From Cryomorpha ignava (GTDB lineage: Bacteria > Bacteroidota > Bacteroidia > Flavobacteriales_F > PHOS-HE28), in contig JBEBYG010000014.1 of assembly GCA_040391235.1 (NCBI GenBank), positions 24,020 through 88,019 on the forward strand: DNA of 64,000 nucleotides, read 5' to 3'. Positions 49,471 through 58,900 of this stretch are shown piece by piece. Below the pieces are notes generated by a model. The model saw only the letters and a list, made by a program, of their open reading frames with translations, did not search any database and was not told the DNA's origin. Both the position numbers and the translations under genes were made by a program. The number at the start of each line of letters is the position of its first letter. The stretch's first letter is position 1.

Positions 49471-50232
49471 ATGCTGACCGCAGTGATCATCGACGACGAA
49501 CGCCATTGCGGTAGCACCATGCAACTGCTGCTCGGCCGTCATGCCCAGCGGGTGCAGGTACAGGCCGTTTTCCAGGACCCCGCCAAAGGGCTAGCCCACT
49601 TACGCCAGAACTCCTGCGATGTGCTCTTCCTCGATATTGAAATGCCCGGCATGAACGGCTTCCAGCTACTGGAGGAGTGGGGGCCCACCAGCACGCACAT
49701 CGTGTTCACCACCGCCTACGACCGCTTCGCCGTGAAAGCATTCAAGGTACATGCCATCGATTACCTCTTGAAGCCCGTGCAGGAGGATGAGCTGCTCGCC
49801 GCATTGGAGCGGGTGGAAGGTCTGCGCAAGGCAGGCCCGGCAGCGGATCACTTTTTAGAGGAGCGCCTCCGAAAGCTGGTGAACGAACTGACGGCACCCG
49901 TGCCCGAGAAGCAGCGCATCGCCTTCAGCACCGTGCATGGCCTCGATATGGTGGATGCCTCGGAGATCATCTGCTGCCAAAGCGAGAGCAACTACACGCG
50001 CGTACATCTCACAGGAGATCGGCGCACGCTCGTATCCAAGACCTTGCGCGAAGTGACGGACCAACTACCGGAGGACCGCTTCCTGCGGGTTCACCACAGC
50101 TTCGTTGCCAACTTGGACCATGTGCAGAAATACCTGCGCGGCGATGGCGGCACCTTGGTGATGAACAACGGTATGGAGGTGAAGGTCTCACGCAACAAGA
50201 AGGAGGAGCTGTTGCAGCGATTGGGGGTGTGA
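49471..50232 (+). CDS. LytTR-family response regulator
   Basis: IIDDE, LFLDIEMPGMNG, FTTAY and DYLLKP receiver motifs; ESNYTRVH..SKTL..FLRVHHS LytTR domain. Confidence 0.96.
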   Translation: MLTAVIIDDERHCGSTMQLLLGRHAQRVQVQAVFQDPAKGLAHLRQNSCDVLFLDIEMPGMNGFQLLEEWGPTSTHIVFTTAYDRFAVKAFKVHAIDYLLKPVQEDELLAALERVEGLRKAGPAADHFLEERLRKLVNELTAPVPEKQRIAFSTVHGLDMVDASEIICCQSESNYTRVHLTGDRRTLVSKTLREVTDQLPEDRFLRVHHSFVANLDHVQKYLRGDGGTLVMNNGMEVKVSRNKKEELLQRLGV

Positions 50233-50275
50233 GATCGACACGGTTGAATTCGGTAAGCTTTGGGATTCCATCTTA

Positions 50276-50339
50276 ATTCCTGATTCCTGATTCCGGGATG
50301 CTCGTCGGCAGTTGGAATCAGGAATCAGGAATCAGGAAT
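50276..50339. repeat. Inverted heptamer arrays (ATTCCTG)n / (GGAATCA)n between convergent genes
   Basis: 50276-94 pairs with 50314-39; the spacer contains GTCGGCAG, as in the other heptamer elements. Confidence 0.8.
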
Positions 50340-50405
50340 ATGCAGGCACGCAGCTACAGCAGAATTCGCGGAATTCTTCGGGCGAATTAGTGCAGCGAAG
50401 TGGCA

Positions 50406-51845
50406 TTATTTCCGCACCACCATTCGCGTTGTTACTGCGTTCTTCGTGTGCAGCTGCACCGCATAGGTGCCGGGTGCCAGCGCACTCAGGTCCACCAGTA
50501 TCGGCTCGGCACCGTTGCCTTGGGTGCGCTTCTCGGACACCAACCTGCCAGCGCAGTCCAACACACGGATCTCGGCCTTCCTTTCAAGGTCGCCGCGTAT
50601 GGTAACCAGGCCATCCGTGGGGTTGGGGAACAGCTCGAAGGCCATGTTTTGCACGTCGACTACCGCTGTGGTTCCGGAGGTATTGATCCGTACCACACCT
50701 GAGCTGACCGACATGTCATAGCCGGTGAAGAAGCCGGCCGCCAGCAACTGGCCATCAGGTTGGAGCAAGGCATCCAGCACCGTGTTGTTGAAACTGTTGC
50801 CATGGTCGAAGGAATGATCAGTGGCTCCATCGGGCATCAGGCGTACCACATTGTGGAAAGGCACACCGTTAGCCTCCTCGAACCCACCCAGTAGAATGAA
50901 TTTGCCATCCGCCTGTTCCACGATCGCACGTACTTGATCGGAGCCGTATCCGATGTTCGCTTGGAACGACGGATCGATGCTGCCACCGGGCAGCAGGCGT
51001 ACGACGCGCTCCAGTGGAGTGCCATTGTATGAAGTGAACCCACCGCCCAGCATGATGCGGCCATCGGCCATTACGTGGATGGCAAGTACCAATTTGTCGA
51101 AGCCTTCCCCTTGGGAGAAATCTTCATCCAAGCTGCCATCGCTGTTCAGCCGCGCCAATCTCCCCATCGGCAAGCCGCCCACTTCGTTGAAAGTGCCACC
51201 AATGAGCACCTTGCCGTCATTTTGCAGAGCCATCTTGAAGACGACCACGTTAAAGGAAGGAGGAACAAAGTCGGTGTCCACCGATCCGTCCGGTAGCAGC
51301 CGGGCCACATTTTGGCGGGTGGTGCCATTGTAGTAGGAGAAGTTGCCACCGCAGATGATGCCGCCATCCGGTTGCACCCGGATGTCGTACACGTTACCAC
51401 TGAACCCGTTGCCCATATTGAATGCCTGATCGATGCTGCCATCGGGGTTGAGGCGCACGATGCCTCGGGCCAAGGTGTCGTTGTAAGTGGAGAAGGTGCC
51501 ACCAACGAGGATCTTGCCATCCGGTTGAACAGCTACCGCAGTGCCACGACCTGAATAGCCCGAGATCTCGGGATAGGAAGCGAGGAAGCCGCTGCCCACT
51601 GAAAAACTTGCATCACGTGTACCATCGGGATTGATGCGAACTACGCCCTTACTGGAATCGCCGGCATAGGTATAGAAGGCACCCACGGCGATGATCTTGC
51701 CATCAGGCTGAATGGCAATTTCCTCCACTGCCACTTGAGGTTGTGTGGTGAACCCAGACATGAAGCTGAGGTCGATGCTGCCCGGTTGGGCATACGCGCT
51801 TGAGAAAGCAAGAGCGCAGAGAACGAGAGGAATGAATGGTTTCAT
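50406..51845 (-). CDS. Delta-60-repeat (DUF5122) beta-propeller T9SS type A protein
   Basis: Repeated QPDGKI..G.F and RL.PDGS.D..F motifs; CTD LFPNPT..GTYAV. Confidence 0.9.
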   Translation of the reverse strand: MKPFIPLVLCALAFSSAYAQPGSIDLSFMSGFTTQPQVAVEEIAIQPDGKIIAVGAFYTYAGDSSKGVVRINPDGTRDASFSVGSGFLASYPEISGYSGRGTAVAVQPDGKILVGGTFSTYNDTLARGIVRLNPDGSIDQAFNMGNGFSGNVYDIRVQPDGGIICGGNFSYYNGTTRQNVARLLPDGSVDTDFVPPSFNVVVFKMALQNDGKVLIGGTFNEVGGLPMGRLARLNSDGSLDEDFSQGEGFDKLVLAIHVMADGRIMLGGGFTSYNGTPLERVVRLLPGGSIDPSFQANIGYGSDQVRAIVEQADGKFILLGGFEEANGVPFHNVVRLMPDGATDHSFDHGNSFNNTVLDALLQPDGQLLAAGFFTGYDMSVSSGVVRINTSGTTAVVDVQNMAFELFPNPTDGLVTIRGDLERKAEIRVLDCAGRLVSEKRTQGNGAEPILVDLSALAPGTYAVQLHTKNAVTTRMVVRK

Positions 51846-51858
51846 GAGGGGAAAGGGT

Positions 51859-53073
51859 TTAGTGACGAAGGAGAGATGTGGTGGAAAAGCTTTGCCCACG
51901 CTGGATGCGCAGGGTATAGAAGCCTGGGGGCAGGTGTGAGAGGTCAATAGTGCGGCTACCTTCAGTTGCTGCGGAAAGACGCTCTTGATGCACCGCTCGT
52001 CCGGCCATATCGAACACCTTGAATCCTATATCCGCATTACCATCGGATCTCAGCATCACCAGACCTGTGCTGGGGTTGGGGTAGATGCTCAGGGCTTCGT
52101 CGATCTGGATCGCATCATCCACCGACAGCAAGGCGCAAGCAGCCTCCACTTCGGCCCGGTTGGCACAGCCTGGGCCATTGCTATGGAGATTCACGTAGTT
52201 GGCCGGATCGGCCAAGTAGCCGCATATGCTCGCCACCGCGCACTGCGAGAGGCCCGTGCAACCAGCGAGGGAGAGGTTGGTGATACTCGACGAAGGGATC
52301 TGGTCAACTCCGTCCAAGGAGGTAAGAGCAGTGCATCCAGTGATCGCTAATCCACCATTGATCGAAGTAATGGTCTGTAGATCCAACAGGCTGTTGAGGG
52401 CTGGACTTAATCTTACGCCAAGTCCTCCACCCACACTGGTGAGGTTATGCGCAGCAACCAGATCCGCCAGCAGGGGATTCTGCATCACGTTGAAAGATCC
52501 CCCTAAGCTCGTTGGTGCCAGACCCTGCATGCTGGTGAGCGCGGGGTTTTCCATGACCAAGAGGCCTCCCGTGATAGCAGTAAGTCCCTCCAGACCCTGT
52601 AGGTCGGTCAGCCCTGCATTTTCGGTGACCTCCAAGTCACCGCCTATCGTGGCCAAATTCTCCAACCCCGACAGGCTCGTTAGCGCATTGTTCGCTCGCA
52701 CTTCCACAACGCCACCTACGGAGGTGAGGTTCGACAAGGCGCTCATGTCGTTGAGCTGCATATTCCCTTCTATGCGCAAGTATCCGCCCACATGCGCGAG
52801 GTTCTGCAGTCCGTTGAAGCTGGAGAACTGGTTAGTCCCGATCTGCACATAGCCCTCAATGGAGGTGATCTGCGACAAAGGGGTGAGATCCGATACGTAG
52901 TTGATCCGCACGAAACCCTCGATGGTGGTACACCCCGGATGGTCCGTAGGGAAGCTGTTCACTTGGGCTTGGCTGGTGAGGGTAAGGCCACCGGGTAGGC
53001 AGCTTTGAGCTACAATGGACGAGGCCAACAATAAGTGGATCGCCATAAGCGCGAGCGTGTGCTTCATGTTCAT
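51859..53073 (-). CDS. Receptor-L/leucine-rich-repeat T9SS type A protein
   Basis: L.GL.NL..VGG.L.I..N repeats; CTD IYPNPSTG..GFYTL. Confidence 0.9.
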   Translation of the reverse strand: MNMKHTLALMAIHLLLASSIVAQSCLPGGLTLTSQAQVNSFPTDHPGCTTIEGFVRINYVSDLTPLSQITSIEGYVQIGTNQFSSFNGLQNLAHVGGYLRIEGNMQLNDMSALSNLTSVGGVVEVRANNALTSLSGLENLATIGGDLEVTENAGLTDLQGLEGLTAITGGLLVMENPALTSMQGLAPTSLGGSFNVMQNPLLADLVAAHNLTSVGGGLGVRLSPALNSLLDLQTITSINGGLAITGCTALTSLDGVDQIPSSSITNLSLAGCTGLSQCAVASICGYLADPANYVNLHSNGPGCANRAEVEAACALLSVDDAIQIDEALSIYPNPSTGLVMLRSDGNADIGFKVFDMAGRAVHQERLSAATEGSRTIDLSHLPPGFYTLRIQRGQSFSTTSLLRH

Positions 53074-53091
53074 CGGATTTTAAGAGTTTCG

Positions 53092-54108
53092 TTATTGCTT
53101 GACGAAGTGGGCAGTGCTGCGCCCATCCGTGCCGATCAGTTCCAGCGTGTACATGCCGGCTGGCAGCTCGCTCACGTCCAGCGAATGGCGTAAGTGTCCG
53201 GCTGCCGTGGTGTGGTCGTGCAAGACCTCACGTCCCAGTGCGTCCAGTACGCTCATGTGTATCACACCAAAGGCGGGCATCTCCACCTGCAGGTTTTGCT
53301 GGGCCGGATTCGGGAAGAGTTTCATCTGAACACCCTCCCGCTCGTTCACGGAGGTGGCACCATTGAAGAAGACCAGCGCGGCTTGGCTGGACACCTCGGT
53401 CTCGCCGTCCTCGGTATCCAATGCGAATACCAAGAGAGGGTACGGGATGCCTGCCTTCACCCACCTCCACTCCTCGCGCGATACCGGCGTGGTGAACATC
53501 GGTTCGCCGCTCCAGATGATGGTTCTCTCCTCTTCCTGCACACCGTGAATGCGGAGCACATTCGTGTAGGTGGCATTGGGCAGTTTCAGCGTGCCATAGC
53601 CATCCACCGTCCAGGTGTGGGTGCCGCTGGTCTGTAGGTCACCATAAGCGGTTTCGCTCAGCGAGGAATAGGTGTCGCTGCCGCTGCTGGAGACGTTGAG
53701 CGGCGTGGTGTAGAAGGTGAGGGGGTCGGAGGAAATGTTCTGTTGAACATCGAAGTTATCGATGAAGACATTGCCAAGTTCGGTGAAGCCACCGTTGAAA
53801 TTGAAGTAGAAATAACCACTGAACTGAAAGCTCATGTCGCTGAACAGGGCCATGGTGGCGTTGGGGAATTGGGCAGCATACGGTGTGCTGGCGGCTGTCT
53901 GCGCGGTGTAGGGGAATTCCGCGCCGCTGAAGGCAGTGGTGCTGAAATCCCAAACCGCATTGGGGCCACCGGGGCCGGCGGCAGTGATCGGAAACACGAT
54001 GTCGAGCACCAGCGCATCGCCCGCGTTCAGTGAGATCTGCGGAATCGTAGGTTGGGCGCAGAGGCCGGCAGTGGCTAGGCAGAGAAGGGGGGTAAGGGTC
54101 CGGATCAT
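53092..54108 (-). CDS. T9SS type A protein, unknown function
   Basis: Signal peptide ..LCAQ, WDFS motif, GYGTLKLPNATYTNVLR; CTD LFPNPAQ..GMYTL. Confidence 0.87.
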   Translation of the reverse strand: MIRTLTPLLCLATAGLCAQPTIPQISLNAGDALVLDIVFPITAAGPGGPNAVWDFSTTAFSGAEFPYTAQTAASTPYAAQFPNATMALFSDMSFQFSGYFYFNFNGGFTELGNVFIDNFDVQQNISSDPLTFYTTPLNVSSSGSDTYSSLSETAYGDLQTSGTHTWTVDGYGTLKLPNATYTNVLRIHGVQEEERTIIWSGEPMFTTPVSREEWRWVKAGIPYPLLVFALDTEDGETEVSSQAALVFFNGATSVNEREGVQMKLFPNPAQQNLQVEMPAFGVIHMSVLDALGREVLHDHTTAAGHLRHSLDVSELPAGMYTLELIGTDGRSTAHFVKQ

Positions 54109-54171
54109 GGTCGTGTTGGTTTGCAGATGAGTTTTTCGTTCGGAACTGTAGCGTCGTGGTTTCTGCTTTTA

Positions 54172-55821
54172 TCAAAAGCGCATGCGGTAGCCAACGGTAC
54201 CGCGTGTTTCATTGAATGCCTGCAGTCCTTGGCGGTGGATGTTACCCGCGCTGAGCATGATCGAATGCTTGGTGCTGAGCCGGTAGTTCATGGAGAAGTT
54301 CGTACTGTGGATGTCGTCCGTGCGGTCGACTAAGCGACTTCGGTTCCAAGTGTGTGTAAGGCGAAGCATCACTTTTTCACCTTTCAACATGCGTGTTCCG
54401 CCCACAGTGGCCCCATAGCGTTCATTGGTGGTGAGCAGCGCGCTGTAATCGTTGTAGTTGGTGCCCAGTACCAAGCCCCAGCGGCTGGCCAGCCAACGCA
54501 ATTGGTACTGCAGGTTCAGGTTCACCAACCGGTTGTCCATGTTATTAGGCCCATCGCTGCGGTCGCTCAGTTCCTGGTAGCCTGTCATCAGGTTCCAACT
54601 GTGCTGGTGCTTGGTATTTCCATATTGGTAAAGGGTGCTCACGTTCACTTGGTGGTTCACTTGGTCCACCAGCACCGAATCGGCAAAAAGCGTGTCGAGC
54701 AACAGCGTCTGGTAGATCGAAAAATTGGCGTAGTTGATGTTGAAGGACACCCGTGTGGAAGGGCGATAGACCACGTTGGCCGAGCCGATGTTGCGAGCCG
54801 TGGAAGCGAATCGGCGATCGCCGAGGTTGTTCCGTTGTAGGCCATATGAGCCGCTCACGTACAGCTTCTCCTTTGCCAGCGGGAAGGCCGTGCGCAAGGT
54901 GATCTGCTCCACGTCACTGAGCAGGTAATTGGCACCCAACGTGCGAAAACCCGGTTGCACCAACCGGTATTGCACACCCATGGTGAACTTCTTCTTCACG
55001 TAGTCCAGCCCCACGACACCGGCGCCAGCCAAGGTGCTGGCGTTGTTGATGCCAAGGTCGCCCAGCACTGGGTTTTCCGAGTGGATAGTAGTCTCCATGC
55101 GCGGCGCATTCAGGTCGCGGGTGTAACCGCCCATGGTGAGGTCGGCATCGAGCACGAAGCGCTCTTTGGCGAACTGCACACGCGTATGGAAACCGAAGGT
55201 GGTGCTGGCCTGCGGGGTTACGCGCTGCAGGCTGTCCAGCGCAGGTAAGGAAGTGACATCATCCACCGCCCGGAAGTAGGTGAGGTCGAAGGTGTTCTTT
55301 TTCCCTAAGCCCAGCATGGCGCCGTATCCCATGCGCTTATATTGGGCTACGCCGTAGCGGTTCTCATCGGCGCGTTGGGCGGGTTGCAGCATGCCGTACA
55401 TGGCGCTGAAGCGGAAGGTCTTCGGCCGTAGTTCCACGCCCCCGCCGAGGAAGGTGATGTTGTTCAGCGTGAACTCCGAGAAGCGCATGTTGCGGTGGCC
55501 CGCATGGAGTTTTACCCACTTGTATTCGGGGCTTACACCGAAGCGCGTGAAGGGCTGCGAGAAGGTGCTGCCTTGGCGACTGATGGCCACCGAAAAGGGG
55601 AGGGACCAGCCATAGAGCGAGAGGTTGAGCGTGCCACTGAGCGAATAGCCCAAGGGTTGTTGCCGAGCGCTGATGCCGTCCATGTGATAACCGCTCAACG
55701 TGCCACCCAAGGCACCGGTGATGCGAACGGGGTCGGCGGAGGGGTCCACGGTCTGTGCCATGGAGCTGAAGTGGCACAAGGCAAATGCGAATGCACAGAG
55801 GGCATGTGTGGCGCCTTTCAT
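54172..55821 (-). CDS. Outer-membrane beta-barrel protein, unknown family
   Basis: Signal peptide MKGATHAL..MAQ; continuous amphipathic strands; C-terminal GTVGYRMRF resembling a BAM signal. Confidence 0.8.
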   Translation of the reverse strand: MKGATHALCAFAFALCHFSSMAQTVDPSADPVRITGALGGTLSGYHMDGISARQQPLGYSLSGTLNLSLYGWSLPFSVAISRQGSTFSQPFTRFGVSPEYKWVKLHAGHRNMRFSEFTLNNITFLGGGVELRPKTFRFSAMYGMLQPAQRADENRYGVAQYKRMGYGAMLGLGKKNTFDLTYFRAVDDVTSLPALDSLQRVTPQASTTFGFHTRVQFAKERFVLDADLTMGGYTRDLNAPRMETTIHSENPVLGDLGINNASTLAGAGVVGLDYVKKKFTMGVQYRLVQPGFRTLGANYLLSDVEQITLRTAFPLAKEKLYVSGSYGLQRNNLGDRRFASTARNIGSANVVYRPSTRVSFNINYANFSIYQTLLLDTLFADSVLVDQVNHQVNVSTLYQYGNTKHQHSWNLMTGYQELSDRSDGPNNMDNRLVNLNLQYQLRWLASRWGLVLGTNYNDYSALLTTNERYGATVGGTRMLKGEKVMLRLTHTWNRSRLVDRTDDIHSTNFSMNYRLSTKHSIMLSAGNIHRQGLQAFNETRGTVGYRMRF

Positions 55822-55893
55822 GTCGGAAAAGTAGCGGGAACAAACGGTGCGCTTCCTTCGGAAATGCCTGCCATTACTGCAATTATTCACCAC

Positions 55894-55926
55894 CGGCTCA
55901 ATGGTGATCGTCAACGGCTCAATGGA
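55894..55926 (-). promoter_or_regulatory. Putative LytTR operator (direct repeat, 21-bp period)
   Basis: CGGCTCAATGG at 55894-904 and 55915-25. On the minus strand these read TCCATTGAG and ACCATTGAG with a 12-bp spacer, each 1 mismatch from the LytTR consensus. Confidence 0.55.
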
Positions 55927-55996
55927 TGCTGTGAACTGCTAGATCCCGCATGTCCTTGGCTTGGAACGGGCATGCACGAGATTGATCTTTGTTGGC

Positions 55997-58900
55997 ATGA
56001 ACATCCTTGGACCGATCCACCGAAATGGCCGTGCCGCATGGCTGTTCTGCTTCCTCATGGGCGCCACGATGGCCTTCGCACAACCGCAATTGATCAACGT
56101 GTCATTGGTGCTGATGCCGCCCTATCCACTGCACGCTGATGAAGTGCTGGACATGGGGGACAACACCCTCATCAGCATACAGAACAACGACCCCTTCCAG
56201 TCCTACACCGTATACCTCAGCTCAGTGCTCGATGGCAACAACGGGGTGAACATCCGCACACGACCGGAAGCCCGACCGACCACGCCCATTGAACTGGCTC
56301 CTGGCGCATCGATGATGCTCAGCGGCACGGAGCTTCAGACCTTCTACAACAACTATGGCGAGAACGATCTGCTGTACAGCGGTATCACGCTGGACCAGTT
56401 GGTCAACGACAACACACTGCCCGAAGGCGTGTACACCTTATGCATCACCGCGTATAACTTCCTTACGGGCCTGCCCCTTAGCGGCACCGCGCCACAGGGC
56501 TGTTCATCGCCTTTCGTGGTGATCACCGCCGACCCGCCCATCATCACCTCGCCGACCCAAGGTCAAGCCATAACCGCCACCGACCCCACCTTCTTCAACA
56601 TCACTTGGATACCGCCCACTTTAAGTGCGCCCGATCTGGTGTACCGCTTGGACATGATGGACATCACCGGGCTGCCGATCAACCCGTATGATGCATTCCT
56701 CACCGGTAACATGCTGCAGTTGAGCGAGCAGGACATTCCGTACAATTCCTTCCTCTACGGCATGGAATATCCGCAGCTCCAGAACGGACACGAGTACGCC
56801 GTGAGGGTGCGCGCTTATCGGCAGTTCGGATCGCTCAACATCCTGAACGATGGCTGGAGCGATGTGGTGGTGTTCACCTACGGCACACCCGGCGCGGCCG
56901 ATCCTTGGGGCGATGGCGATGCAACCCTGACCGACATACCGGTGGATCCCGGCGGCGTAACGCTCATTGATGGTACCATCACAGGCAGCTACGACTGCGC
57001 TTCGCCCTGCGCCGCACTCGTTCCTCCGGCAACCGACCTGAAGCAGGAACTGCGCGTGGGTGATCTGGTGCAGGTGGGTCACTTCATTATGGCCGTAACG
57101 CAAACCAACGGCAGCGGCACCTTCTCGGGGCAGGGTATCATCCAGCCCACGGGATACCTACCCATCGGCATCAAAGTGGATTTCAGCGGGATCAAGGTGA
57201 ACAGCACCGGTGTAGTAGTGGCCGGCAAGGCCGAAGCTGTTATCCGCACCGACTCGTGGATCGATGCGACCTGGGCCGACCTGAACACCAACGTGCGCAA
57301 CGTACGCTACAGCCGCAACCGCGAAAGGGCCTGGACGGAGGCCACTGATCCGCAATGGTACATCGACCAGGCCGCCTTGGTGATGCAGAACACCGGCAGC
57401 ACGCTGCCCTTCAGCATTGGCCCCGAGAACCGACGCTTGCAGGTGGTGGGCATGCACTTCTTCCCGGACCGTGCATCCATCAATATGGCGCACATACAGC
57501 GCTTGGCGGACGACGCTGAGACACCGCGCTACCTCAGCTTTCTGGGGAAGGACTTCTGCCTCTCTCCCGGTGGCCCCGCTGTGGGCGAGGACCAAGCGGT
57601 GCTCCAGTTGATGGAAGCGGTAAGATTCAAAATGACCGAGGATCTCAGCATCGCCTTCGATCCGGCGAACGACCTGGGCACCGGCACGCGTGCCACCTTC
57701 GATTGCAACGGTCTGGTGCGGGTGGATGTACAGGGTCGCGCCCTATTCTCACCTGCCCTCTTCAAGCCTGTGAACAACGCGGGACAGACCACCAGCGACA
57801 CCGTTTTTGCAGCGTTCGCCATGCAATACGTGGAGTGGAGCGATTGGCAGGCCATGTTGGATTTTCAAGCCATGGGCACCACTTCGGGGAGCGTGCAGGG
57901 CTTCCAGTACCGCGAGATGCAAGGCTACACCTTCCAAGTGCAACAAGCGTACATCGACCATAGCGTTGGTGCAAACCTGCAGGGCATGAAATTCCCTGTG
58001 GGTCACCCTGGTGCGCAGACCACGGAATGGCAGGGCGTGTACTTGGAGCGTGTGCAGGTGACGCTACCCAGCTGGGCCGAGCGCAGCGATACGGTAGGCC
58101 ATCGCGCCAGCTTCGCAGGACGTGATCTGGTGATCGACGATACCGGCTTCAGTGGTCGCTTCAGTGCCAGCGGCGTGCTGCCACGCAAAAGCGGCAAGCT
58201 GGACAATTGGAATTTCAGTATCGACACGCTGCAGTTCGAGGTAGTGGCCAACAGCTTGGTGGGCGGTTTTCTGGCTGGCGATCTGCGTCTTCCCATCGCG
58301 GAAGATGACCTGAACTACGTGGCCGCGGTGGACTACGCCGGCAACCGGACCCTGCACAGCTTCGCACTGGGCAACAGCAACGATCCGTTGGACTTCGATG
58401 TGTGGTCGGCCAGCTTCATCATGGAACCCAACAGCGGTCTGGCCATCACCGTGGGCAGCGGAACACCCTTGATAGAGGCCACACTGAACGGACGCATCAG
58501 TTTCGAGTCGATCATCGGGCATGTGGACAAGACCGACCTGACCGACATCACGATCGAGAACCTCGTGCTGCGCAACCGACCGAGCTACGTCTCACTCGGC
58601 AATTTCGGAACCGGACTTACTCCTCAGACCTTGGCCGTTGCAGGCTTCGCGGTGATCGTGAACGGGATGGACTACATCCCGATCGACCAGCAACATGCAA
58701 ACCTTGCACTGAACCTGGGCATGGACCTTTCGCAAGGCGTGATGCCGATCTCCGGCAATGTGGGCCTGTACATCCAGAACAAGATCGAGGCCGTTGACAG
58801 CTTGCGTATTAAACGCTTGGGCACCGAGATCAGCTCCATCTACGTAGAGGCCGAAGTGAGCGGTGTGAAGATGAAGGGTGGTGTGGATTTCTTCAGCAAC

